From NCBI GenBank assembly GCA_002011125.2, contig MTMF02000009.1:1096989-1160988 (forward strand): a DNA stretch of 64,000 nucleotides, read 5' to 3'. The DNA is from Candidatus Hydrothermarchaeum profundi. Its GTDB lineage: Archaea; Hydrothermarchaeota; Hydrothermarchaeia; Hydrothermarchaeales; Hydrothermarchaeaceae. The notes beneath the pieces were generated by a model that saw nothing but the letters and a program-made list of their open reading frames with translations, was not told the DNA's origin and did no database searches. Positions 1 to 15,000 of the stretch are shown here, in pieces. The position numbers and the translations under genes were made by a program. Numbering within the stretch: the stretch's first letter is position 1; each line of letters begins with the position of its first letter.

Positions 1-2
1 GG

Positions 3-3000
3 ACTGCATTTGGAACAACAAACTTGGGTGCTATAGAATACTACAACTGGACATTAGATACTCCTTGCCCTGGGTCTTTGGATTGTTATATCGCGAACAT
101 TTCAGTTTATATAAAATATACAGATCAAGGTACTGGGGCTGGTGCAGATCCAGGTCAAAGTTATGTGCAGATAGCTAATTTCACTGAAAGAAATCCAGAC
201 CCCTCTCTGGCTAATTATAGTCGTTATGCTGCATATTCTCCAGACACTGCAGGCGGAGAGACTGTAGAAAGATGGGAGTGTGGAGAAAGCACGTCGCCAA
301 ATACCTGTAGCCTTTCATTAGGAAGCGGATATAATGCTAGTGATTACTACTCTGTAAAAATAGAAGTACCTGCAAAATATAGTGCAGCAGTATCTTCAGT
401 AAAATACCTCTGGTGTTATAATACCTCAAATCCTGCCTTAGTGGATGCCAATGTAACCCCAGCGAGAGGTGGTTGGGGTGAGATATTCAATTTTACCGTG
501 AATGCTAGTGATCCACAAAATTCGACTGTAAACATCAGTTTATGGAAGTCCTATAGCATTCTTGATCCAACTTGGATACTAATAGATAACTATTCTTTAT
601 ACCCCTCAGATCCCCCTGTAATTGTTAATTTTACTGGTAGATTTTTCAAACAATCTGATGTGGACAGTACTATATACTATAAATTTAATGCCACAGATGG
701 ATCTAACACGAATGAAACGGAGATTAGATCATTAATAATAGAAAAGGACGACATAATTATCCAACACGGTAGTGGGAATGGAACGACCGTTAACCGTAGT
801 GATAGTCTATCTAATTATAGTGTAAATTTGACTACAATAGTTTTCGATACTGATAATCAAACCAATGTTAGCGATGGCATACCTGGAAAACTTTGGATAA
901 CACATGATGCTTCCCTTGGGTATCAGGTCGGAGATCAAGAAGGTGCTAGTACGCTAAATGGATATCTTCGAGCTTCAGCGACTGATGGGGTATTTAATCC
1001 TGACTGTAACTATAAGGCAGGAGTTCAGAAGTGGTACATGGAGATTACTGATAATTCATACTATAAAACTAATACATCTATAAACTACAGTGGAGACAAC
1101 TTCACTATTACTATACTGGGGGACCTTTCGATTTCTTCCTATAACATCCTGCCTTCAGCTACTATTGAAATTGGGAATAATGTAACAATAATATCGGATG
1201 TTCAAGACGATTGTGGGAGCGATATTGATGATGCGTCTGTGACCTTTAGGATAGTAAATAATACATATGGATACGACAATACCTACAGCGCAGATTTTAT
1301 TCCCTCATCTGACGATTATAGATTTAACCTTACAACCAACTTCAGTACTATTGAAGGTGTCTATAATGTTTATATAAATTCATATAAAGAATATCATTGG
1401 AATGGAACTGCAACAACTCAATTTAGATTATACTATAATCCATTATTAGAGGATGCGTCTGTTAGCGCATCAGAGATAGATGTCGGGCAGTATCTCAATT
1501 TCACAGTCAATGTAACTGATACTTTTAATGACACAGTTAGCATTTACCTCTGGACTAAGAAGGGGATAGGAAATTGGACACTTGAAAATTCAACCACTTG
1601 CACTGACTATGTTTTCCAATGTACTAATTGCAGTGACTTCGTAGCATATTGTTATAAACAATTCAGCGGCGGAGATGCTGGGACTTGGAGTTTCAAGTTT
1701 AATGCTACAGACGATAAGGGCAATACCCGAGAAACAGATATCGGATCTTTCCAAGTAAATAATGTTACACTTGTGTGGAACCACGTCCAGGGCAATGATT
1801 CTCTTGCTAATAGAAGCGGAACGCAGAATACTACGTTGGTATTGAATATTACTAAGCAGTCTGACGGTAGTCCCATAACGAATGAACAAGTGGAATTATG
1901 GGTGAGTACGGAGGGGGATATAGAAATCTCTTCGACAAAAGTAATGACTAATACAACAGATTCTTCGGGGTTAGTGTATTTTGATTTCGATCCAAGTTGT
2001 TCAATAAATGTAGGAGTACAGGAATGGAAAGGAGTAATGGCAGGTAGCGCAGGATACACGAATCCTGATTCATGGGAAGACGCTAACTTATATCTCGCTG
2101 TAACTGTTAATGGCACCTTGCAGAATTCGATAGACGAGCCTAATGGAGATGACAATACAACTGCGGGAAACATTATCACGCTTCAAGGAGTCATAGTCGA
2201 TGATTGCGGCAACGCCATGAATATAACCAACGGAACAGGGTATGCCACTGAAAATATAGCTTTCAATCTTACCAATGGAGGATTCACAGAATCTTGTACA
2301 CCTATAACCTTGATTGGGTCTAATGTATACAAGTGCTCATGGAACACAACGGGCAAGCCATCGGGGTGGTACAATGTCACATTTTCAGCTGATGAAGACT
2401 ATTACTATGGTAGCACGGTTACCCAATACGCTCCAAATACTTTCTTCCTTTTCACCCCTCCTGTTCTAGAAGATTATTCTGTAACTCCAACATCTGCTGG
2501 CTGGGGTGAGGGCAATTTCACATTTAGAGTTAATGTATCAGATTATACAGATTATTCAGGGCTTACCGTGAATGACACTGTTAGTGTACATCTATGGGAA
2601 AATCCTGGATCTGGTTGGACGGAGATATCACCTACAAACTATGCATGTACCGGATGCGATGATGAGCAGTTTACTTGGAGTAAGGAATATTCTTGTACCG
2701 AAGGCGGGGCCTCTGAAGTTGGATCGATTTTCTATAAGATAAATGCGACCGATGATTTTGATGGAGAAAGTCAGACTGAGACTCTTTCTTTTACTGTGGA
2801 AAAAGATGATGCAAAAATATATAATGTAACTCCCTCTTGGAATGCCACGATTAATAGATCCTCGGGTGTTACCTTTATTGTACAAATAAATGATACAGAT
2901 CGTAATACGCCGATATCAAATATAAATGAGTTCGGAAGGATCTATGTTACAATAGACGCCGATCTTGGTGCATGGGATTCACCTATCTTCAGTAGTACAA

Positions 3001-6000
3001 ATGCAACTGGTTACTTAAATAGGACTTTGACTGGTGGAGAAACTGGGACATGGTGTACTGGGGGTTATAAGCTAGGACAAGGCTACTGGAAAGCTGAAAT
3101 AAAAGACAGAGCCTGTTATAAGGATAACACCACAGTTGATATTCCCTTTATACTCTACGGAGACCTCATTAATACAATTCAAGAGCCAGATGGAACACAG
3201 AACTATACAAAAGGTGCCGGCAGTATAAGAATGAATGGCACGATCATAGATGACTGCTCGGCTTCTATTACCGGCTCAGGTACAACCGTTATATTCGAGA
3301 TATCTAATGGAGCTTATACCGATACATGTGTTGGCAACCCTGTAGGGAGCTATTATATCTGCGATTGGACTCCTCCACAAGGAGCGCCACTCGGATGGTA
3401 TAATGTTACTATGACTTCCTCCAAAAGCAACTATAATAACGGTAGCGATACTGTTAATAATGCCTTCTTCCTCCGAAGTGTTCCACGACTTGAGAATCCC
3501 TCTATACAAGCAGGAGCCTGGGGTCAGTCACCATTCAATTTCACAGTAACCCTGAAAAATGATAATAATGTGACTACATATGTATATCTATGGCTTTATA
3601 ACGCATCGTCTGGTTGGAATCTAGAAGATACGAGAATATGTACTGATTCTGAATGTTACAGTTATCAGGCAAACTTTTCACGAAACTTCTCGAAAGATGA
3701 GGTCGGTTCTTGGCAGTATAAGTTTAATGCTACGGATATTTCTGGCGCTACTAATAATACTCTCTCACCATCTTCTTTTGAGGTTCTAAAAGATGATGTG
3801 ATTGTCTCTTATATAGCTGGAGATGGAGTTGAAGTTAATAGATCTTCTGGCTCTGTGATTCTACGAGTTCAGATCAATGATACGATTAGAGGGAATATAG
3901 TAGTAGATGAGGGTACCAGTTGCGCATTTTGGATCGAGAAAGACGGGGTAAACTACGCCTCAGCTTTAATCAATACTACAGACTCTCTAGGATACTGTAC
4001 GTATTACTTCACTCCAGGAAATGATTATGGTGCAGGTGAGCAGAACTGGACAGCGGGTACTTATAACGATCCTTATTATAACAATAATAATCTCTCTGTT
4101 GCAAAATATTTGATAATTTATGGAGATCTGTCTGCTAATATATCAGATCCAGGGGATAGCAACATAGGGGATCTAATAACCATAAGGGGGCGGGTGATAG
4201 ATGATAATTCCAGCGAGGTAGTCGGTGCGAATGTAATATTTGAACTAAGAAGAGAACCTACCGATAGCTGGGAGATCTGTGGTGTAACCTATAACGAGAC
4301 TGGATCGAATGCTGGATGGTACAATTGTACCTGGAATTCTACTGGAAAAACTGCAGGTAGTTGGGATGTCAGGATGAAGGTAAGTAAGTCTTACCATAAT
4401 CCAAATGAAACCATTGAGATAGACTTATTCAATCTAATTAGTCAACCTCCTTCGGGCACAGGGCTTAGTGTTACGCCACCTGTAGGTGGTTGGGGAGAAA
4501 CATTCACGTATAATGTGTCTGTTTCTGATCCTGAGAATGACAATGTTACATGCAAACTTTGGGTCAATACCTCTGGTAGCTGGGAGTTAAAAGGGTCTCA
4601 GATACAGACTGCGCCTTATAATTGCTCGATACAAGTTTCGGATTACACTACGTTAGATATTAACTCCAATTACTCATTCAAGTTCGAATTAAATGACTCA
4701 AATAATTTAGTAAATACAAGCCTAGCCTACGGAGAAATAGAAAAAGATGATACTTCTCTGGATATCCTAGTCAATGATGAAGATGCAATAAGAGGACAAA
4801 CCATTGTATTCTCAGGAGTATTAACTGACACGGATAATGGTAATCCTATCAGCGGAGCCGCTATTAATCTTACTAAAGACGGCGAATATGTTCCTTACAG
4901 TAATACTACAAATTCTACAGGCGGGTATGTGATTTACTATACAATTAGCAGTAGTGAAGCATTTGGCGGTCACAACTTTAGCGTAATCTATGAAGGCAGT
5001 TCTTCACTAAAGGGAAGCATTTCTAGTAACATCTCAGTGAATATTAGTCCTTCGCTCACGCTATTAGATTTAACTACAGATGACAATAAAGGCTGGGGAG
5101 AAACATGGAATTTCAAAGTAAATGTTACTTCTGATCCGGCGGCACCTAGTGTTACCATCTGGTTGCAGTATAATAGATCAGGGTCTTGGGTTAACATAAA
5201 TTATACCGAGTGTGCAGACTGTACAACAACTACAACAAAAATAATTACCTCAAACTGGAGCAGAGATGACTCAAATCTAACGAGATACTACAGGTTCTAT
5301 GCAAATGACAGCAATCAAAACAATGCTACAACGCCATCTGGAAATGTAAATATACAAAAAGACGACATTGTAATCCAGGGGGAAGGCGGAGTAGGAGCGA
5401 CAATAAACAGGTCTAATTCTATAAATCTCTCCTCAAGGGTAATAGACCTCGATACGGGTGCATATGAAGTCGATATAAATACCACCTCCGCCTTCTCCAC
5501 TTGGATAACTGCTGATGGGGAAAACTATACAGAGGTAAGTGAAGAAAAAAATGAGACTCACTTCTACTACACTTTTACGCCCACTTGTGGAGGACAGTAT
5601 CAACTTGGGACTCAAAAGTGGAAAATGAATGTCAGTAACGCTGCTTACTTTAAGGACAACGAGTCAGCAGAATATACAATAACCATACTGGGAAGCTTGT
5701 CAAATATCTTAATCCAGCCTAACGGTTCTACAAATTATACGATTGGAGACACCATAATACTAAGAGGTAATGTGTCAGATGATTGTGGTAACGCAGTTAC
5801 AGGAGCAACTGTAAGCTTTAAACTTGAGACCAATGGCGCTACCTACTTATGTGAGGGTGCCAGCGTTAGTGATGAAGGGAACGGTTGGTATAATTGCTCA
5901 TGGGATTCTAGTGGTAAACTTAATGGCACATGGTATAATGTAACCATAATAGCTAGTAAAACCAATTATTGGAATGGTAGTGATTCTATTGCTAATGCAT

Positions 6001-9000
6001 TTTATCTTTCCACAAGACCTGTATTAGAAGATGTCTTAGTATCGCCTCCTACGGGAGGATGGGGAAAGAGTCCCTACTACTATACTGTTAATGTAACCGA
6101 TACCGATGGGAATAATGTCACAATACGATTTTATCTGAGAAATGAAACAGGAGAATGGATTTTAAGAAATTCTACTAGCTGCGTAAACTGTAATGATTAC
6201 ATTGTAAATTTCTCTTGGAGTTATAGCTATACTGATGTAGGTACTTGGTTTTTCAAGTTCAATGCCACAGATGAAAGTGGAAGTACCGCTACTACCTCAG
6301 GAGAAGAAAATCATACGATTTCTAAGGATGATATTCTAGTCTCATACCTAGCTGGAGATGGTGTTGAGGTTAATAGGTCAGGAAACGACTACGTGAATCT
6401 TTCTACTTTCATAACCGATACTGAAAGGAACGTCAATGTTACGGATGCTAGTGTCAAAATTTGGGTTACAACAGACGGCACTATTTTTGATAATGGGACA
6501 ACTGTTACTCCTGAAGGTAACTATTATGTCTTCCAATTTAATCCTCCTGGAGCTCCATCATGCAATTACTCGGCAGGAGTGCAAAAATGGAAGATGAACA
6601 TTACTGGTGATCCAAGGTACCTGGATAACACTTCTCAGGAATTCTCAGTTAAAATTTATGCGGATATGGATATTGCTATTCTAGAGCCAAACTCAGAGGA
6701 TATAACTATCGGCGACTCTATCACAATAATTGGAAATGTGACAGATGACTGTGGGGTGCCTGTGACAGATGCTTCCGTATTCTTCAATATAACTAGGAAT
6801 GGAGCCTACGTAGGAAACTGTACGGCTACTCATGTCGGGGGAGGTAACTACTCTTGTAGTTGGGATTCTACGGGGAAGACCGAAGGCTGGTATAACGTCA
6901 CAATGATATCAGAAAGGTCTTATTATTATAATAAGACGTCCTTGAAATCTAATGCATTCCGCCTGGTAGGGGCTCCAAAACTCGATAATCCCAGTTATTC
7001 GACTTCCTCTGGTGGAAATGGTTGGGGTGCGACTTACAATTATACAATAACTGTGACAGACACTGAGGAGGATACAGTAACTGTGTACTTCTGGATTAAG
7101 AAAGCTGGAGGAACATGGGCATATCAAGGAAACCAAACTTGTACTAATTGTAGTGGATATGTGATGTCATTTTTAAAGAACTTTACTTGCAACGACCAGG
7201 GTACTTGGTTTTTCAAGTTCAATGCCACAGATCAGGGAGGCAATACAAATACAACATCAGAATCTGATAATTATCATAATGTAGAAAAGGATAGAGTTTC
7301 ATTTACTCATGTTTCTGGAAACGGAACAGAAGCCACTACGGTAATACCCACTACTTTCAAACTCTATCTAGGGGATATCGATAAAGGAGAGGCAGTAGCA
7401 GATGGAACTGAGGTGATATTCAATGTTACTTATGATGGAACGAATTATTTCGAATATGGTCCTAATTTGACCCAAGGCGGAAATGTTTCATACAGCTTCT
7501 TGCCCAATATGAGCTTCACTTCGGGCTGGCAGAGTTGGACTGGGCAGCATATAGAGGATTCTTGCTATTTATATAATATATCAAGTATTTACGTAGTAAA
7601 TGTCACCCTTAAATATCCTCCATATATCGAAAACGGCACAGTAAGCGGAGTAACTGGCGGAGTTTCAAAAGGCTGGGGAGAGACATGGAATTTCAGCGTA
7701 TGGGTGAAGGATGTTGACGATGCGGTGACAGTAACTTTATGGAAGACAGATTTATCAGGTTATGTTGAAGATTCTAACTGGGAAAATATTAGCCAACAGG
7801 TCTATACTGATATTGGCAACTGGCAGCAACTTAACTTTTCACCTATTTTCACGCCTTCTGATATGGGTACATGGTACTACAAATTTAACGCTACTGACGA
7901 AGCAACGAATACTAATTCTACTCAGAGGTCCCTAAACTCTAACTTTACAATAACTAAAGAAGGCATAATCTTTGAATATGACGCATCATGGGCTGAAAAT
8001 AACGAATCCATACCAGCAAATAGAAGTGGAACTCAGAGTAAGGAACTCTTAATATTAGTAAAGGACATTAATGGAACTCCCCTTTCTAACTTTAATGTAA
8101 CATTTCAGATTGAACGAAAAGGGGAGGGTACTAACACTTGGTGGGATTATGATGTAGTAACTAATTCAAGTGGCTACGCTAATTTGTCATTTGATCCTAC
8201 CTGTGATAACGCTAGTACTGTAGGGGTAGATGAGAGATTTGAAGTTGGAAAGCAGAAGTGGAGAGTTAAAGTTGTTGGACTAAGTGATTATAATGATTCT
8301 TATTCTGATGAATATAATCTTACAATCTGGGGAGACACTAGGATTTACTTTGACTATCCATTAAACCAAACATATACTCTTCCTAATAGGGTACCCTTTG
8401 AAGGCCGTATTTTTGATGACTGTGGAGAAAGCCTGCCTAACGCGGAGGTAGAGTTCTGGGCTCTAGGAGCAACACATTACCTCTGTGGAAACACAAGTAG
8501 TGGAGATGCCTATGAGCCTGTTCCGGGACTTTATAGATGTAGAAATGAGGGAGAAGATGGATGGAAAACATCAGATAAGCCGACAGGCTACTATAATGCT
8601 ACCTGGAATATTACCCTTTCCTATTACTATATTAACAATTCAATTAGCGGAAGGATAGTTCCGATAACTGACAATCTTACATTAGCTAAATCGCCAGGAT
8701 GGTTTGAGCTAACAATTTCAGCAAATGCACCTGATTTAAGTGAAGCTGATGTAGAACCAAGGAGAGATGGATGGGGTGTTAAACGCAATTTTAGTGTAAA
8801 AGTCACAAATCAAAATGGAGATGTAATGAACATAAGCCTCTGGTACCAGCCTCCTGCTCAAGCAGAAATATTGTTGGCTTATACTGGTAATGTAACTTCT
8901 AATGGTTCAGACATCATCTATTTCCGTGATATATCCTTCGACTCTAGCCTATCAGGCCAAGTTATGAAATTTAAATTTTATGCCTCTGACAATGATGGAG

Positions 9001-12000
9001 ATAGTTATACTGGTGCAGGAGACTACAATGCATCGGGGGACGCTACTCTCGCAGACAATGAATTTTATCTCGAAAAAGATGACGTGGTAATTGAGTATGT
9101 TTCTGGAAATGAAACTACGGTTAGCTCTAGTGGGGTTGTGGGAGAGCCATTAACATTAAGAATTTATGATAGTGATAGGAAAACGTACAACATAGCGCCA
9201 AGTGCGACTGTGATATTTAATGTCACAGTAGATGGTGAAAATTATACAACGGTTAATACGTCTACAACCAACGATACAGGCTATGCCGAGGGGACTTTCA
9301 CCGCCACGTCCCCACCATTCCCCGCAGGTGTATCAAAACAAAAGTGGGTAGGATACATACCAAACTCAGATTCATATTACAAATATACCCTCTCTAATAT
9401 TTACAATGTAACTATAGATATCAATAATCCGCCTGACATGACGGATGAAAAAGTAAATGGAGTTACTGAAGGAGCCTCTGAGGGTTGGGGCTTTGTATTC
9501 AACTTTTCTGTAAAAGTCAGAGATGACAAGAATGCTACAACTAATATAAGTCTATGGGTAGATACGGCCAATACTGCTGATTATGAGTTGATTAATTACA
9601 CGATTTGTGATGCCTGTGGTTCTGCGGGATGGGTAACAATTAATCTTAGCGCAAAATTCACAGCAAGTGATATAGGATCAGCTTCATACTACTTTAAGGC
9701 CGTAGATAATACCTCAAATGAAAATGTAACTTCAGCACATACCTTCACAATTGAAGAAGATGAAGTAACTTTTGAAGTAGATCCTAATAGCAATGGCACA
9801 AACATCATAGTTAATCGAAGTGCAAATGCGCAGCCCCTTAATTTAACAGTTAGATTAAGAGATGAAAATGGTAGTTATCTGGGTGGGGGAATATCGAATA
9901 CACTAACGATTTCGAAAGTGGGAGTTTACCCTGGGGCTACATGGGATTCAGGCCGCACAGTAATTACAAATGCAAGTGGTTACGCAGTATACGAATTCAC
10001 TCCAACTTGCGATAATGAGTCTACATCTTTAGTGGATGAAGAATATGAGGTGGGTCTACATAGCTGGTACATAAAAGTGGATGACTCAGAGTCCTTATAT
10101 CAACCAAATCAATCTGACTACTATACTTTCAAAGTAATGGGCACTTTGATGAATACCATAGACGAGCCAAAAGGAAATGTAACCTATGATGCCGGTGAGA
10201 TTATTCTTATACAGGGTTTCATTGAAAACTATTGCGGTGAGCCCATAACCACAGATGTTTCAAATGTGTGGTACAATTTAACTAATGGACCCTACGAGTA
10301 CAGTTGCACAAATGTTACTAGGACAGGAGCAAATGTATACAAATGTGAATGGGACTCTACCGGTGCTCAAGCAGGCTGTTACAATGTTACAATGCATTCA
10401 AGCATGGAGAACTACTATGACAATGAGACCACAAAGCTAGCGGGAACTACATTTTGCTTAGAAACACCACCCTCGCTACAATATGCAAATGTAAGTCCAA
10501 GAGAAGACGGATGGGGTAAGAACTTTACATTTTCAGTTAACGCTAGTGATAATGAAGGTGATAACGTTACAGTAAATCTGAGTTATGCTATTGGCTCTAA
10601 ATCATCTGCGTGGTACCAGATTTTGCCCTCTAAAACGTTCACCGCAGGTCTAAATCAAACTAGATTGGAGTGGAATAAAAGCTATAGCTGTAGTGAGGTA
10701 GGGAAGACGCTGTTCTTTAAATTCTATGCAATTGATACTCAGGGATTTACGGATGAGACTACTGCATCAAGCTATTATATCGACGGCTCTGATTCATTCT
10801 CGATAACAAAGGATGATGTCCAGATCTTATATTCAGGAGGCAATAATTCAGAAGTAAATAGGTCTGGCAATGATACTGCTAGACTGGTCCTGAGGGTCTT
10901 CGATGTCGACAGTAATTCCTACGTGAATTCTACTCCCACGAATGTTTATTTCAATGTTACTATAGATGGAGAGAACTTTACTCGGGCATACGACACCTCT
11001 GGGGTTTCTTATGCTACCACAAACTCAACGGGCCACGTAGTTTTCGACTTTAACGCCACTTGCGAGCATCAAGTAGGCCAGCAGAAGTGGATTGGATATA
11101 TAAGTGGGGATAGTTGTTATCTCAACCAGGTTTCATCTGATTATGTTTTAACGGTTATAGGAGACTTAACAACAGAGATAAACACAGGTAGAGCTAATAA
11201 ATCTTATTATCAGAACGAGGATGTTGACCTCTGGTTTGAAGTCAGAGATGAATGCGGCAGTTTGATTCCTGGGGCCACTCTTGACGTATTGGTTTATTAT
11301 AATTCGACTTTAAATTACAGTTGCTCGCCAGTAACTGATCATAATAATGGTACTTATAACTGTACTTGGCAGACTGCTAACACTACAGATTATCCAACTG
11401 GTGCTTGGAAAGTTAGGGTCATCTCTTCAAAGCTTCCAAATTATAATAACGGCTCCGACATCAAAACTGAGGCAATACTTTTGTCTTCTGCGTTGAATTC
11501 TGCACCTGAACTTAGTAATGCTGTAGTAGAGCCTAATGGATGGGGAGGCCTAACCAACTATTCTGTTACAGTATTTGATGTAGATGGAGATGACGTAAAT
11601 GTAAGTTTATATGAAAATAAATCTGGCTCTTGGGTTTATATTGGTAGTGAAATCTGTAGTACCTGTTCAAGTAGCACACAGATTAATTTCTCGGTATCTC
11701 ATAATTGGACTGACGTTGGGACAATGTTTTATAAGTTCACAGCCTTTGACGGCACCATTGAGACGGAATTGATACCTGCATCTTATCAAATATTGAAAGA
11801 CAATGTAAGCTTCCTAGGCGTGGATGGAGAAGCATCTGTTAATAGGTCAGGTACGCAGACAGCGACTCTTAACTTCTCGGTATATGACATCACCAACAAT
11901 AGTTATGTAGCCGATTATGGAAAGCCCGAAGCTAACTGCTCGGTATGGATGACGAAAGATTATTCTAGCTATTATCTGTCAAACATTTCGGTAACTTCTA

Positions 12001-15000
12001 ACAGCCTTTGCACGGTAGAATTTGACCCTGATGAGTCATATGAAGTAGGAGTCCAATACTGGAAGGGAGGAGTTTACAACGATAAATACTACGCAGACAA
12101 GAATACCTCAAATCGGACCATATTAATTATAGGCGACTTATACAATGCGATCACAACTCCAGATGGTGATTCATACAACATAGGTCAGACAGTAACGATC
12201 AGATTTAATGTAACAGATGATGCCGGAAAAAATCTAACGGGATTAACTTCACAGAACTTTACTATCTCCCTCGAGCATAATGGAAACGTTTATAGTTGTA
12301 CAGATATAGTTGAAGAGGGAAATGGCTGGTATAACTGCACTTGGAATTCCACAGGAGCAGAGAGCGGTAATTACAATATAACCATTATATCCTCAGCAAC
12401 TTACTACAATAATGGTAGTACCATTAAAGAAAATGCCTTCTTTATCCAAGCTGCACCGATACTTGAAAACGAAACAGTTGATCCCGAGACTAAATACTGG
12501 GGCAGCTACTTCACTTTTAATGTAACCCTAACAGATGATGATGACACCGTCACCGTAAGGCTCTGGCATAGAAGAAATGGTACTACTACGTGGTATAAGA
12601 TAAACGAAACAACCTGTGTTGACTGTGTTGGGGCAGTAATATCATTTACAAGATTATATTCTTCAACAGAGATCGACACATGGGAATGGAAGTTTAATGC
12701 TACTGATGGAGTTTCAGATGTTGAAACAACTACGAAGAATCTGACAGTTACTAAGCGGAATGTCACAATAACCCTCGTATATGGAGATGGCGGTGTAGTC
12801 TACCGTAATGGAACAGACTCGCTATCGCTCATACTTCAAGTAAAAGATGCAGTTGATGGCAGTGTTCTGCCAATTTCAGCTGGCGGTGGCGGATTCTATG
12901 TTACAACGGACTACAATAATTGGGGTACAAGGATAGATGCTCCAACTAATTCCTCTTATCTCACTACCCCGCCTGGAGAGTTTGACCCAGACTGCACTTA
13001 TCTGACAGGTAATCAAAAATGGAAAGGCGTTTATGATGGTACTAGTAAATATTATTCAAAGGAGACACAGAATTATACATTGAATATATATTCTTCTCTT
13101 TCCAATACAATTTTAGAGCCACTAAATAGCCAACCAGTTCAAAAAGGACAATCTCTCTTAATAAAGGGTTACGTGGAGGACGAGTGCGGGGGAGTTGAAG
13201 GAGCTAGTGTAACCTTCGATCCATACATAGGGTCTACCTCATATGCGGCTCTTTGCGCTTCTCCAGCTCCTGAAGAGGGAGGAGGCAATTATACTTGTAA
13301 TCTAGATACCTCTCTAATAGATGATGCAGATTTAGGATATTATAATATTACCATCACCTCATCAAAAGGAGCTCCATATAATTATACAACTGATGTAGAG
13401 ACAGAGGTCAACGCCTTCAAGCTAGGATTCAGACCTGAGCTTGTCAACTCTTCTGTATCCCCTTCTTCTGATGGCTGGGGTTCCAATTTCACTTTTTCTG
13501 TTAGATTTAGAGATAGAGAAGGAGACCAAGGAAATATTACACTTTGGATAGCATACAACGAATCAGGTCCATGGTATCCTATAGTTTCTAGAAGTGAAAC
13601 GAATTCTTTGTGGACTACGTTGACCGATATCGAAAGCTTCACTAAGGAAAACTTCACATCCGCATTAAATGGAGTAGTTTACTTCAAGTATAATGTTTCA
13701 GATTCCAATGGATTTACAAATGAGACTGGTGTTAAGAACTTCGCACTTGAAAGAGATAATGTGACGATTTCTTTCGTTGAAGGAAGTGGAAGCGTTAACA
13801 GACTGGGATCAAATACTATAACCTTAAAAGTTAGAGTAAACGACACAGATGCAGGTAATGTTCCAGTTGGGGCATCAGTAAAGGGCAGGATTTATACTGA
13901 TGTGGAGTACAACGATACTACAACAGATAATGATGGTTATCTATATTATATCCTAGATCCCAGCTGTGAGCCACTTTACTCTGCAGGACCGCATACCTGG
14001 GTAGGTGGAACATTTAACGATACTTATTATGATGATGAAAACTCCTCGCAATCCACCTTTAACGTAACAGGTCAGCTTTATAATAATCTATTAGAGCCCT
14101 TACTTGGAGCTAGCTTTAATGTTAATGACAATATTACCATCAGATTCTATGTTTCCACCGACTGCTCTGCTGAGGGGAACCAAACTATAGATAACGCTAC
14201 GATAGAATTAATCCATAATCAGTCAGGCTATACTTCAAGCTGTTCAGTGATTACTGAGGAAGCACCTGGGGTGTATAACTGCACTTGGGATACTTCAGGT
14301 AAACTTGAAGGAAATTGGAGCATAAGAATAAATTCCAGTAAGCAATACTTCAATAATGCGTCTACGCTGTGGGTAAATCATTTAATGCTTGATAACAATC
14401 CACCTAACGCGACATTAGCAAACCAGACGGTTGAAGTAGTACCTGCCCAAGGTCCATGGGGCATATCCTATGCCTATAGAGTAAATATAAGTGATCCTGA
14501 AGGAGATAATGTTTCCTGCATACTGTATGCAAACACGAACGGAACATGGGTTATGAGGGGCTCTGTAACCGTAGAGGGAGGAAGTGGTGTTTGTACTATC
14601 ATACTGCCTAACTCGACTTTCAATAAGGCTGACTACTACTATAACTATTCTGGTAATAATGTAAAATTCTACTTTGCTATAGATGATGGCCAATCCGGAG
14701 AGGCATTCAACACTACTATAGTATATTCACCATCTTTTGAGAAGGATGATGTGGTTGTAACATATGGAGGTCTTGGAAACGATACGTATCTTGTAAGAAA
14801 TAGTGATAATCAAATTTTGAGGCTCAGAATTAATGATACAGATGCAGGAATTCCAGCGAATAATGCGAATGGAACAATTTGGATTACTAATGTCTCGGGA
14901 ATATGGATACCAATAGGCTCTAACACTACGGATAATAATGGTTATTTATCAATTAACTTTACACCTGATTGTTCGTATTCAATAGGAAAACAAAATTGGA

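Noticed and set aside
24-26. TTG as start of the giant protein
   Set aside because: The frame is open to the window edge and no signal peptide follows, so the real start is probably upstream.
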